Shown here: positions 9,516 through 18,387 of the stretch, piece by piece
How positions within the stretch are numbered: the first letter of the stretch is position 1
How the letters are laid out: the number at the start of each line of letters is the position of its first letter
The notes under the pieces: generated by a model
Told to the model about the DNA's origin: nothing
Database searches by the model: none
What the model saw: only the letters and a program-made list of their open reading frames with translations
From: a virus
Virus record (IMG/VR): IMGVR_UViG_3300009702_000006
Location: 1 to 41,232 of that record
Reading direction: 5' to 3' (one strand)
Length of the DNA: 41,232 bases
Program-made: the position numbers and the translations under genes

Positions 9516-9885
9516 AGCCTACATCCAATACTTTTTTTATATTTGGTTTAGAATGACCTTGTTCTTTTAATATTTTACCATCCTTTCTTCTTAGTTTACC
9601 AGATTTTAACATATTATTCTCGTGAACTTCATCGAAAAAATACTCCAGGTCTATACCGAAAGCAATAGCTGCTCCATATGTTACATAGAGTAAATCACAC
9701 AACGCATCAATTACTTCAATAATATTATTTTGACGCAACGCATCCTCTAATTCACACACTTCTTCTTTAATTAATTTTAATCTTAGATCGATAATAGGCT
9801 GCTGCGTTATATCAATATCATCAGGAATTCTTTGTTCCATTTTTCGCATGAAATTAAGAACTAATTGCTGTGGGTAATGCATCAC
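9502..9885 (-). CDS. MazG-like nucleotide pyrophosphohydrolase
   Basis: 127 aa. LRLKLIKEEVCELEDAL...EVIDALCDLLYVTYGAA...DEVHENNMLK is the typical all-alpha MazG-like signature. Confidence 0.7.
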   Translation of the reverse strand: MMHYPQQLVLNFMRKMEQRIPDDIDITQQPIIDLRLKLIKEEVCELEDALRQNNIIEVIDALCDLLYVTYGAAIAFGIDLEYFFDEVHENNMLKSGKLRRKDGKILKEQGHSKPNIKKVLDVGYGKI

Positions 9886-12047
9886 TTCTTACTCCAATCT
9901 TCAAGGTTTGTTTTCCATTCCATTTTAATTAATGGAACCAACGGTTTATAAGCATCAACTGTTTGATTAACAATTGATTTTATTTTATCAGTTACTTCAG
10001 GAATATGCACACACATAATTTCATCATGGATGTTGAAAGGTTGTACAATCCATTTATGAATCCCTGATGGTTGTACATCCCATATTCGTCGCTGTACTTC
10101 CTTAGTAATTTCTGCTCCGGTTGATTGTATAACATGGTTAGCCGCTGCTCTCATATTACGAGCCTGTAATTGAAAGACTGTACTATAAAGAGCTGATTGT
10201 GTCGCACCTTTAATTGTTTGTTCACGATTGCGACGATAGATTTTTCCATATACATTAAAACTATCCGGAGGATGTTGAGCTAATTTAAAGAGTAATCTAA
10301 CGATGTTATTCTCCAACGTGAAATAACGTCTGAAGCCAAGAAGAGATTCAACAAAGTCATCAGGTTCATGCCAGATAATCTCTGTTCCCACTCCTTTAGG
10401 CTGACTAATGGAGCAAAACCTGTCAAATATACTTCGTCTAGCACTATCGATTCCCGGGTATTTTTCCATGAATTTTTTATAGTTTTCTTCCGCAGTGTCC
10501 TCAGAAATACCAGTAGACTCAGCAAGTTTTTTGGGTTGGGCTCCGTATAAGAGGGCAAAAGCAGCTGTCTTACTGGGGTGATAAAGATTTGTTTCTTTGT
10601 TTTTAGTGTCAATAATGTATTGATAGGGCAATTGATATAATGCCGATCCCAACATTGCATGAAATGATTTACCTGCTCGCAAATCAGACCGCAAATTGTC
10701 GTCTTTATAAGCTGCATCTGCTAATGTTACCTCAAAAGAGTCAAAGTCTCCACCACTTAATATATAACCTTTATCAGCTAGCGTGAATAGTTCACGAATT
10801 TCTTTGATTCTAGGAATACCTTGAGGATTTATACTACCACTTTTTCTCCCTGCTTTTACTTCTTCACTACTCCCACCAGACATACGACCAGACTTAGTTC
10901 CTATAATTTTAAAGTCTGGATTAAAGCGTCCTACTTCAAGAAGTTTATTAAGTAATTCTATTTCTTTAAGAGCACTCCTTATTTTAATTATTTGTTTCGC
11001 TCTTTGTCCTGTTTCAGTTTCCCATTTAGATAAAGCTTCTAAAGTTTTCTTACTAGTGTCAACAATTAGGGCTGATTCATCTTCACTAGCAACTTCTTTG
11101 AGCCACTGTCGAACCTGAATGTGAGAATTAGGGTTAATACCGCAGGCACTTTCACTCCTTTTTTCTTCCATTCGATTAATTGTTCTGCTTCTCGACAAAG
11201 TATACCCTCGCCATCTGCTACTTCCAACGCAGCCAGCGAGAATAGAGTCGGTGTCTCCGGCTGAGGGCTCTCCAAAGTGATGGTATAATCTTTGTAAGAA
11301 TATAACATCTTGTTCTGCATAGCTTCTGGCATGTTTATTCTCCTTCCAGAATTGTATATGTCGATGAATTACAGGTAACCAGTTTATATTATACGGATTA
11401 TATTCTGGTTCCTTTTCTGGCCAAAACGATTTAGGCACAGGAAATTCTATAGTGTTAACCTTTAAACATTCTGCTGCAAGAGCTTTCAATCCAGATGATG
11501 CTGCAAAGTGTAGTTTGATATTACAAAACTTAGGTTCATCTTCAATCAGTTCTTCCTGCCATTCATAGCCACCCGCTCTACGTTGAAAATATATATTTGG
11601 TAATCTAATTCGTTTAGTTAATTCTTTTGTTAGAATAGGGGCTAGGTCAGCTGGCACCTTTTTAATCACAATGTCATCACGATCCATCAATGTTTGCCAC
11701 GGCCCTTTGCGGGCGTGTAACATTAAATCTAAACATGATTTAGGTTTTAAACACCACTGAACTGGTTGAGTAATACTAATTTTAGCTAAGTCATAAGGCT
11801 TTGGCGGCTCATCTTTATTCTTGATCTGATATAAAAGATTATATAATTTATTAACATGGAACCAGTCAAAGCTTAGATTAAATGCACAAACTTCATTGTT
11901 CGTAAACATTTCTAGCAATGCCATTGTTTCTTTTATTGGTGAGTTAAACACTTCATGAACAATAACTTCACCATCATCTTCTGCATACTGAATAATTACA
12001 ATTGGACCTGTCAGTCCACAAGTTTCAGTATCAAAGAAGATCATCAT
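9882..12047 (-). CDS. Family A DNA polymerase with 3'-5' exonuclease domain (T7-like)
   Basis: 721 aa. ExoI FFDTETCGL at the N-terminus, motif A GGDFDSFEVTLAD, motif B KTAAFALLYGAQPKKLA, motif C HDEIMC. Confidence 0.9.
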   Translation of the reverse strand: MMIFFDTETCGLTGPIVIIQYAEDDGEVIVHEVFNSPIKETMALLEMFTNNEVCAFNLSFDWFHVNKLYNLLYQIKNKDEPPKPYDLAKISITQPVQWCLKPKSCLDLMLHARKGPWQTLMDRDDIVIKKVPADLAPILTKELTKRIRLPNIYFQRRAGGYEWQEELIEDEPKFCNIKLHFAASSGLKALAAECLKVNTIEFPVPKSFWPEKEPEYNPYNINWLPVIHRHIQFWKENKHARSYAEQDVIFLQRLYHHFGEPSAGDTDSILAGCVGSSRWRGYTLSRSRTINRMEEKRSESACGINPNSHIQVRQWLKEVASEDESALIVDTSKKTLEALSKWETETGQRAKQIIKIRSALKEIELLNKLLEVGRFNPDFKIIGTKSGRMSGGSSEEVKAGRKSGSINPQGIPRIKEIRELFTLADKGYILSGGDFDSFEVTLADAAYKDDNLRSDLRAGKSFHAMLGSALYQLPYQYIIDTKNKETNLYHPSKTAAFALLYGAQPKKLAESTGISEDTAEENYKKFMEKYPGIDSARRSIFDRFCSISQPKGVGTEIIWHEPDDFVESLLGFRRYFTLENNIVRLLFKLAQHPPDSFNVYGKIYRRNREQTIKGATQSALYSTVFQLQARNMRAAANHVIQSTGAEITKEVQRRIWDVQPSGIHKWIVQPFNIHDEIMCVHIPEVTDKIKSIVNQTVDAYKPLVPLIKMEWKTNLEDWSKK

Positions 12048-12207
12048 TTAACTCCGCTTCTATATCATCATCTATATCACATTCGTCCCTATCTTCTAAA
12101 CATTCAATACAATAACCATTGTCAGCTTCGTCTTTAGAGACTACATTACCACAACCTATACATTCAATATAATCATCTAATTCTTCAGCTCTTGGGTCTA
12201 TAGCCAT
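12031..12207 (-). CDS. Small zinc-ribbon protein with an acidic tail (58 aa, not in the ORF track)
   Basis: Hand translation gives MAIDPRAEELDDYIECIGCGNVVSKDEADNGYCIECLEDRDECDIDDDIEAELNDDLL. It has two CxxC pairs and overlaps both neighbours. Confidence 0.4.
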   Translation of the reverse strand: MAIDPRAEELDDYIECIGCGNVVSKDEADNGYCIECLEDRDECDIDDDIEAELNDDLL

Positions 12208-12524
12208 GTTAATGCCCTCACTAAATTACGGAATACTATCCATTGTCTTTGTATATCGGCAGACAATTCTTCAAATACAACCATTTCAGGATGTAACTTT
12301 TGAGTTCTAGAAAATACCAAACCCTTTGACCATCCTTGATCCTTCATCCATTGTATCCATTTAATATGTAATGATGCAGCATTAACATCACTTTCATGGA
12401 TAACAAAGTTTACACCTATCGGAACGAAATTAGGGTCAACAGGTAATGTTAAACCTGTTGTTCCTGCATAAGTTATTAAACAATCTTCAACTATTGCATT
12501 GATTTGTTGTTTTGATAAAGACAT
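12198..12524 (-). CDS. RyR-domain-like protein
   Basis: 108 aa. H..W.QWMKDQGWSKG......KLHPEMVVFEELS resembles the bacterial/phage RyR domain consensus (H..W....GW.yG....hP.lvpyeeLs). Confidence 0.45.
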   Translation of the reverse strand: MSLSKQQINAIVEDCLITYAGTTGLTLPVDPNFVPIGVNFVIHESDVNAASLHIKWIQWMKDQGWSKGLVFSRTQKLHPEMVVFEELSADIQRQWIVFRNLVRALTWL

Positions 12525-14182
12525 TTTTTAATCTCCTCTAGCGTTATGTTCTGTAACTCGATTCCTTTATCGAGTCTATCCTTAATATATAAATCAGTAG
12601 GTAGATTTATTAAGTCAATTATTCTTGTTGCTTTAGCTGTATCCATACCTGGACGATCTCTACGATCTAAAGATTGTATACGATGATCGACACTAAAGCT
12701 ATTAGAATAATAGACTAACGCAAGCGTTGATGATAATGTTAAACCATGAACACAGGCTGGATTAGCAATAATTACTACATTCGATTCTTCAGTATCATCA
12801 TTGAAATAATCTAAAACATCTTTATCACTCCAACCTTTGCCAGTAATGGTAACAGTATACCATTTCTTTCCTACACAAAAGTCACGCAACATTGCAATTG
12901 ACGCATGAAAGGCTGCGTAAATAACTAACCGGCCCGGCCCGCCGTTTTCTTTGTGGTAGAAGTCGAGGAGACTTTCGACCGCTTTCGTTTTAGGTCTGAT
13001 TTGTAAAGCTTGATAAGCGTTAGTTGTTGATCCATTATCTGAGATAATACCCCCAGTTCGTGTCTGATCGTCGCTAACTGTTGAGTCTGTATGTTTATTA
13101 TCCGTTCTAGATTTGTACAGAAATCCATCACTTAACTCCCTTAATTTTTGTAAACTTTGTACACCACTTTCGGATGTACTTATTAAAAATTCACCCAATC
13201 TATAAAGCTCCTGTCTTTCACTATCGCTAAGATAGTCTTGACAGTTTATTGTTTCGAAGATTTTATCTGGTAGGTCTAAACAATCTTTCTTTTTCTTTAC
13301 TAGTACAAGAGGTGCCAGACGTTTACCTAACTTTTTAACTTCATCTTTTTTCCATGACTCAACTTCCTTATGCTCACCATAACCGTGATCCACAGTAACG
13401 ATATTAGCGTATCTGTTTCTAAATTTAATTGCGGTACTCTCTCTAATAAAACCAGGTTGTAAACATTCAACCTGATGCCACCAATCGATAGGATTCTTTG
13501 GAGAAGGAGCACCAGATAACATAAGTATATATCCGCTTCTAGCACGAACCAGCCTGCACAATTCTGACGCCACTTGGCTACGCTTGGCAGCATGGTTTTT
13601 AATTTTAATTGATTCATCAAATACAACAACATGAGGAATGAAACTATCATCCAGTGCATCCATATATTTATAGAGTGATTCATAAGTAGTCTCTACAACA
13701 AAAGTAATATTAGAATTCCATTTCTTTAATTGATGTTTCCATTCCTGCTGGGCCCCAAACGGAGCAACTAACCAAAAGTTATATAACTTTTGTGTCATTA
13801 AATATTCTAGAGCTTCAATTGCAGTTAGGGTTTTCCCCAGACCCATCTCAAAGGCAAGGAGAACGCAACGCCTATTAAGAAAGAACTTAAGACCGTCACG
13901 TTGGTGAGAAAATAGATTCCTGCTCCCAGAATAATTAATGTCACTATCAATTCGTAGCCTTTCTCCTTGAAGATATCGAAACGCATATTGATTCCTTTCA
14001 CAATTGTCAACAATCCAACATTTATTCTCTGGCTGCCATCGGGCACCCTTCATTGCTTTGATTTCATCCTTTAATGCTACATCGTAGGGAGAATATATTT
14101 TTAATTTTTTATCATCATCGGTAGGGATAACATCTATATTAAAATTATAAAGATATTTACCCTTACTGATTTTTACTTTCAT
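12491..14182 (-). CDS. SNF2-family helicase
   Basis: Motif I EMGLGKTL, motif II DESIKIKN, LSGAPSPKN, and a C-terminal GLTL...SFSVDHRIQSLDRRDRPG. I moved the start from the GTG at 14197 to the ATG at 14182. That ATG overlaps the upstream stop as ATGA and has a ggtgggag SD. Confidence 0.8.
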   Translation of the reverse strand: MKVKISKGKYLYNFNIDVIPTDDDKKLKIYSPYDVALKDEIKAMKGARWQPENKCWIVDNCERNQYAFRYLQGERLRIDSDINYSGSRNLFSHQRDGLKFFLNRRCVLLAFEMGLGKTLTAIEALEYLMTQKLYNFWLVAPFGAQQEWKHQLKKWNSNITFVVETTYESLYKYMDALDDSFIPHVVVFDESIKIKNHAAKRSQVASELCRLVRARSGYILMLSGAPSPKNPIDWWHQVECLQPGFIRESTAIKFRNRYANIVTVDHGYGEHKEVESWKKDEVKKLGKRLAPLVLVKKKKDCLDLPDKIFETINCQDYLSDSERQELYRLGEFLISTSESGVQSLQKLRELSDGFLYKSRTDNKHTDSTVSDDQTRTGGIISDNGSTTNAYQALQIRPKTKAVESLLDFYHKENGGPGRLVIYAAFHASIAMLRDFCVGKKWYTVTITGKGWSDKDVLDYFNDDTEESNVVIIANPACVHGLTLSSTLALVYYSNSFSVDHRIQSLDRRDRPGMDTAKATRIIDLINLPTDLYIKDRLDKGIELQNITLEEIKKCLYQNNKSMQ

Positions 14183-14520
14183 CGTGGAATCTCCCACCTA
14201 TTTTTACGTTTTAATGTTTGTATCCGTATTGTTATTGTTGAAGTGCTAGTACGTAATAGAGCAGCAATTATAGGATGAGATAGTGGATGTGTTCCAGGGG
14301 GTATAGGATCAGTAGCTGGAATTTCTAACCAGTTACCTCTAGGGGTAATAATAATACACTGACGCAACCATCTTATAAGATCGTCGCGTAACATTATATA
14401 TTCTGTATGTCTAGAGACAGTAAATAATTGTAGGTAGGATAGACCACCTAACATTTCTTCAACCTTATCGTTGAAGTGATTCTCCAATAATCTAAACTTT
14501 TCAAAAGTTAATGTACGCAT
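14179..14520 (-). CDS. Hypothetical protein (start trimmed to MRTLTFEKF)
   Basis: The first 15 codons of the listed ORF 14179-14565 run through the tRNA. The internal ATG has SD gaaaggagaaaaaacaATG. Confidence 0.55.
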   Translation of the reverse strand: MRTLTFEKFRLLENHFNDKVEEMLGGLSYLQLFTVSRHTEYIMLRDDLIRWLRQCIIITPRGNWLEIPATDPIPPGTHPLSHPIIAALLRTSTSTITIRIQTLKRKNRWEIPR

Positions 14521-14540
14521 TGTTTTTTCTCCTTTCTTAC

Positions 14541-14614
14541 TACCCCCGATGGGGATCGAACCCATACTTTAGGGATTTTAAGTCCCTTACCTCTGCCAAT
14601 TGGGTTACGGGGGC
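14541..14614 (-). tRNA. tRNA with anticodon UAA (Leu by anticodon) but a class-I, short-variable-loop shape
   Basis: Sense sequence: GCCCCCG TA ACCC AATTGGCAG AGGT A AGGGA CTTAAAA TCCCT AAAGT ATGGG TTCGATC CCCAT CGGGGGT A. It has a 7-bp acceptor stem (G1-U72), a GG-containing D-loop, a canonical TTCGATC T-loop, U33, A73 and no encoded CCA. Confidence 0.85.
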
Positions 14615-15334
14615 TTATACGTGGCGTTTCCACCCTTCTTTATATCTATCGTGTGCTTGCGTTAAATATAAATGGTGAATGTCAAAGCCAAGAGTTCGCC
14701 GCCCTTGCCGTTTAGCTGCAATATACATACTGCCTGAGCCAGTAAATAAATCTAAAACAATATCATTAGGACGACTAAATGCACGGACAAAGGTAGTACA
14801 TAATTCGATAGGCTGACAGCTTCTACCCTTAGCATGACGTAAATAATCACGCTCTCTACTGTTTCCAGGTACTCGCGGATATTGTAAAACAGTAGGTGGG
14901 GTACGCCCTCGGTGATCAGCCCGTAAATCTTTACTTAGCATTCGTTGGGAGGGGATAGCAACTGACTGCCAGTTAAAGAAGGGCGTACCCCGTTTATATA
15001 CTAGAATTGTTTGATGAGATTCTACAAATTTCTTTTTTGTGTATGTTCCGAAATTGTAGAACCAAATAAGATCCTGAACGAAAGATATATACGAACGATA
15101 CTTTCGCATACATGTTTCGATATCATATCTTATTTTAGATTGTGTATTTATTAACAGATAACTATCATCAGCCATACACCGTGTCGCATGATAGATCCAA
15201 TCCTGCGTAAACTTCCTATACGATGTAAGTATCTCGGTTGAATCATAGGCATCTGTAAACGGCGGATCAGCATAAACTAATTGAGCACAATTAGCCTTTA
15301 CCGGTAACGTCCTTGTATCCGCTGTAATTAGCAC
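14615..15334 (-). CDS. DNA N6-adenine/N4-cytosine methyltransferase (beta class)
   Basis: 239 aa. LVYADPPF (motif IV) precedes VLDLFTGSGS (motif I). GTG start. The stop codon abuts tRNA base 1. Confidence 0.8.
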   Translation of the reverse strand: MLITADTRTLPVKANCAQLVYADPPFTDAYDSTEILTSYRKFTQDWIYHATRCMADDSYLLINTQSKIRYDIETCMRKYRSYISFVQDLIWFYNFGTYTKKKFVESHQTILVYKRGTPFFNWQSVAIPSQRMLSKDLRADHRGRTPPTVLQYPRVPGNSRERDYLRHAKGRSCQPIELCTTFVRAFSRPNDIVLDLFTGSGSMYIAAKRQGRRTLGFDIHHLYLTQAHDRYKEGWKRHV

Positions 15335-15342
15335 TACACTAT

Positions 15343-16068
15343 CTATCTATCAGTTTCTGTATCTGAACTTTCTGCTTCTTCTACTTCCGCTTCCGCTTTA
15401 ATCGGTGCAATAAACATTGCCATTGCATCATTATAAGCACTAGCAGCAGGGAAATACTCTGCTAATGGTTCAATCGGAAGAACTCTAGGTACCCATGCTT
15501 TACGCCCATTTTTATAATCTACCATATCTGCATACAATTCAAAGCAATTTGTATATGGTAAATCTTTAGTATTTTCTGGGCGATTGTCAATCTCTACCAT
15601 ATGATCAAAGATATCGAACGATATATATCGTGCCGTCTTTGATCCTGGAAAAAATACAGCAAAGACAAATGTGTTGGGGATATATACTAGAAACTCCCCG
15701 GCTGCCCACTGAGCAAAGGTACCCGAAGGGTGTTTAATCTTTGCTAATGTTACAATCTCTTTAAAGACAGGAGAATCTTCATTGAAAGATTCCATTGTCT
15801 TTTGACCATTCTCTACAAACATAGCATGGGGTCTAAAGCCCATAATACAAATGACAACTTTCCTTTTTAGGTTTTTATCCTGTACTGTCAGGAAATAATC
15901 CCCAGGGGCGTTGCCTTCAGTATTACATTCTTCAGAAACTCCCTGCAATAACTTAAGAGCAGGCAGAAAGTTAGCTGCTGTAGATTCTTTACGATATTGT
16001 TTTGCTAGTGAGGGTGAAGGAACTAAACCAGTTCCGATATTGGCAATTGTTATTTGTTTTTCGTCCAT
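15343..16068 (-). CDS. Hypothetical protein with an acidic C-terminal tail (possible gp2.5-type ssDNA-binding protein)
   Basis: Start trimmed to MDEKQITI (SD aaaggaaataacaATG). C-terminus EAEVEEAESSDTETDR. It lies inside the replication module. The SSB call is inference only. Confidence 0.5.
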   Translation of the reverse strand: MDEKQITIANIGTGLVPSPSLAKQYRKESTAANFLPALKLLQGVSEECNTEGNAPGDYFLTVQDKNLKRKVVICIMGFRPHAMFVENGQKTMESFNEDSPVFKEIVTLAKIKHPSGTFAQWAAGEFLVYIPNTFVFAVFFPGSKTARYISFDIFDHMVEIDNRPENTKDLPYTNCFELYADMVDYKNGRKAWVPRVLPIEPLAEYFPAASAYNDAMAMFIAPIKAEAEVEEAESSDTETDR

Positions 16069-16164
16069 TGTTATTTCCTTTTCTTTTTTAATTAGAGATA
16101 GTGGGGGCACCCTAAGGGTTACTTGGGTGCCCCACACTATCGTGCTAGGCTTGCCTAGCTGCTG

Positions 16165-17154
16165 TTAAGCGAGGCTCTCGGCTGCGGATTCTGTTTTTTG
16201 TCTCTTTAATTCTGCTTCTAAACGCTCTACTTCTTCCTTTTGCTTTTGCAATTTCTTCATTGCGGATTCAAGAGAACGCTGTTCCTTCTTTGCTTCTCTA
16301 GCGAGTTCCTTTTGCTTCAGGGTTTCGGGGTCACACGATAGCATCTTTTCTGCCATCTGCTTTTCACCAGTAAGAATTAAATAATCCTCAGTTTCAGGAT
16401 CAGTATTCTTTAATGTATTGGTGACATGATCCAGCATTGCTTCTGCTTCTCGCAGACCAACAAACTTTTTAGTTACAACAAAGTCAACTTTACTTTTGCC
16501 CTCACGTAATGCCTTATTAAAAGCTTTACGCTGCTGGGTAATATAACTAATCGCTGCATCAGCTGGCATACCCTCTTTTTCAACTTCATTCGCAACCTGT
16601 TCTTGATATTGAATAGGGACACGAGCTAGGGTTAAGCCTACACTCGGTGTAATTTGTCCTTTATCAAGTTTAGCCTGCAATGATTTTGTTAATTTCCCAT
16701 AGCCCATAATCTTGGAGATATCTGTTGGTGTCTTTCCAAAATCTTCCGCAATCTCGCTTTGAGTTTTGGTGGGGTGGGCCAACATATATCGTTTAAAATG
16801 TTCATACTGTTCCCTCGGTTTAGTAGGAACATTTGTATTTAACATATATTGAGATTGTTGAGCTTCTTCCGGTGTCAATCGTTCCTTGACAGTACAAGGA
16901 ATCTCTTTCAAACCTAATTCTTTCGCAATCATTGTGCGGTGTAAACCATCACACAAAATAAACTCATCAGGGATAATTTCATCAGTCTCAGGATTCCGTG
17001 CAGGGGTAACAAATACTGGACGATTAGGATGAAACCCTTTTGATTTTATTAATCTTTTAATGTGTAAAGTGTGAGGGTCATCCGGGTGATATTCCCGAAT
17101 ATTATTTAATTCACTGGCATTAATCTTTTTCGGATCAATCATTACAATTTGCAT
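16165..17154 (-). CDS. ParB/Srx-domain protein with HTH and a Lys/Glu-rich coiled-coil tail
   Basis: 329 aa. ILCDGLHRTMIAKELG (DGxHR ParB N-terminal motif) and an HTH-like KTQSEIAEDFGKTPTDISKIMGYG. Confidence 0.7.
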   Translation of the reverse strand: MQIVMIDPKKINASELNNIREYHPDDPHTLHIKRLIKSKGFHPNRPVFVTPARNPETDEIIPDEFILCDGLHRTMIAKELGLKEIPCTVKERLTPEEAQQSQYMLNTNVPTKPREQYEHFKRYMLAHPTKTQSEIAEDFGKTPTDISKIMGYGKLTKSLQAKLDKGQITPSVGLTLARVPIQYQEQVANEVEKEGMPADAAISYITQQRKAFNKALREGKSKVDFVVTKKFVGLREAEAMLDHVTNTLKNTDPETEDYLILTGEKQMAEKMLSCDPETLKQKELAREAKKEQRSLESAMKKLQKQKEEVERLEAELKRQKTESAAESLA

Positions 17155-17224
17155 CTTACTTTCCTTTCTTTTTTATTTTCTAGATGCGGGCGGTACGATA
17201 GGGGTCTACGTGCCCCTATACTAT

Positions 17225-17253
17225 ATTATACCATAAAAATAAAACTATGTCAA
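17225..17253 (-). promoter_or_regulatory. Consensus sigma70-type promoter facing the ParB-like gene
   Basis: The minus strand reads TTGACA tagttttatttttatgg TATAAT: perfect -35, 17-nt spacer, perfect -10. It lies in the 106-nt gap upstream of 17154 and is followed by hairpin ATAGGGG-n8-CCCCTAT (17200-17221). Confidence 0.6.
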
Positions 17254-17260
17254 GTGCTAT

Positions 17261-17539
17261 TTAGGACGGATCATAGTATTTATGTTGTATACGGGAATCG
17301 TTAATTTTATTTATAAGGATTCTTAGACTTGCAATATTGGATAATGACATACTGCCACAAGTTTTGCAGTATTTAAAATTATTTAATAGTTCATCAGTTA
17401 CCATTTTTTGTGTTTCTGTCGGAAGGTCTTTTTCTTCTAACTGTTTTAGATCATCTTTTAGGTTTCGTAATATCTGAAATTGGGCCAACAGTTTTTGTCT
17501 ATGCTTTAAATAAATTGGATTAGTTGTCAGCGTTTTCAT
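17261..17539 (-). CDS. Hypothetical protein
   Basis: 92-aa ORF with ATG start, AAGGAG upstream, and one CxxC (CKTC). Confidence 0.5.
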   Translation of the reverse strand: MKTLTTNPIYLKHRQKLLAQFQILRNLKDDLKQLEEKDLPTETQKMVTDELLNNFKYCKTCGSMSLSNIASLRILINKINDSRIQHKYYDPS

Positions 17540-17756
17540 GGTACATAAACTCCTTAAAATGCGCGAAAGTGTCTTTTTTATTTAAAACGAATGTAGCATA
17601 GGCTACAATCGGGAAGTTTGATGGCCCAAACAATTTTGGGTAGGTACAATGGGTCAGTCCATCGGGGTAAATGTAGTGCGAATAATCCGAACGTAAGTCC
17701 AGTAAACACAAGGGGTTACGTTCAAAAACATAGGCCGTTAGTACTATTCTATATGT

Positions 17757-17788
17757 TAGATATAGAAATAGAAATAGAAATAGAAATA
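17757..17788. repeat. Hexanucleotide microsatellite (TAGAAA)n
   Basis: tagata followed by four perfect tagaaa units (17763-17786), in a poorly coding gap. Confidence 0.9.
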
Positions 17789-17892
17789 ATAAGAGAATAA
17801 GGGGCGAAATATTGGCCTATTTCTTGTTTTTCTGGTTTTTGTGTGTCAATGGACATATTGACCGTATCAAATGAAGATTGATTTTTGTAATT

Positions 17893-18375
17893 CTAGAAAA
17901 TAGCTCCAGACAAATTGGCTCCATACAAATTGGCTCCAGACAAATTAGCTTCAGACAGATTAGCTATAATTAAACTGGCTTCAGTTAAGTCTGCTCTAGA
18001 TAAATCTGCCTTAGTCAAATTGGCCCCAGACAAATTGGCTTGATATAAGTTAGTTGAAATTAGAATGGCCCCAAATAAATAGGTTCCACATAAATCTACT
18101 CTAGATAAATCTGCTCTGAATAAATCTGCTTCGGATAAATCTACTCTAAATAAATCTGCTCCGGATAAATCAGCTCCTGACAAATTGGCTCCGGATAAAT
18201 TAGCTAAATATAAGTCAGTTGAAATTAGAATGGCTCCGGACAAATTGGCTCCGGACAAATTGGCTAGATATAAATTGGCTCCTGACAAATCAGCTCCTGA
18301 CAAATTGGCTCCGGACAAATCTGCTCCGGATAAATTGTAATATCGAAGATCGAGATTGTGAAGGTCGAGTGCCAT
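17893..18375 (-). CDS. Pentapeptide-repeat protein (160 aa)
   Basis: Almost the whole protein is A(D/N)LSG-type pentapeptides (ADLSGANLSGADLSG...). GGAG-containing SD upstream (gaaggagaaaccaATG). Confidence 0.85.
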   Translation of the reverse strand: MALDLHNLDLRYYNLSGADLSGANLSGADLSGANLYLANLSGANLSGAILISTDLYLANLSGANLSGADLSGADLFRVDLSEADLFRADLSRVDLCGTYLFGAILISTNLYQANLSGANLTKADLSRADLTEASLIIANLSEANLSGANLYGANLSGAIF

Positions 18376-18387
18376 TGGTTTCTCCTT

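Noticed and set aside
3834-13683. Nested alternate-frame ORFs inside large genes (3834-4187, 4626-4976, 10280-10717, 11066-11332, 12925-13131, 13327-13683 and similar)
   Set aside because: They lie fully inside motif-supported long genes (primase-helicase, DNA polymerase, SNF2 helicase). They have no SD and show biased composition.
14521-14565. N-terminal extension MGSIPIGGSKKGEKT of ORF 14179-14565
   Set aside because: These codons are the 3' portion of the tRNA gene (14541-14565) and the SD-bearing spacer read as protein. The real start is the SD-preceded ATG at 14520.
16101-16159. Two GC-rich hairpins after the ParB-like gene, considered as rho-independent terminators
   Set aside because: Neither is followed by a T-run in the direction of transcription. 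They may be RNA stability or processing elements, but I cannot support a terminator call.
17520-17711. 63-aa ORF
   Set aside because: It requires a TTG start with no SD, and its only internal Met is 7 codons from the end. Evidence is insufficient to call it a gene.
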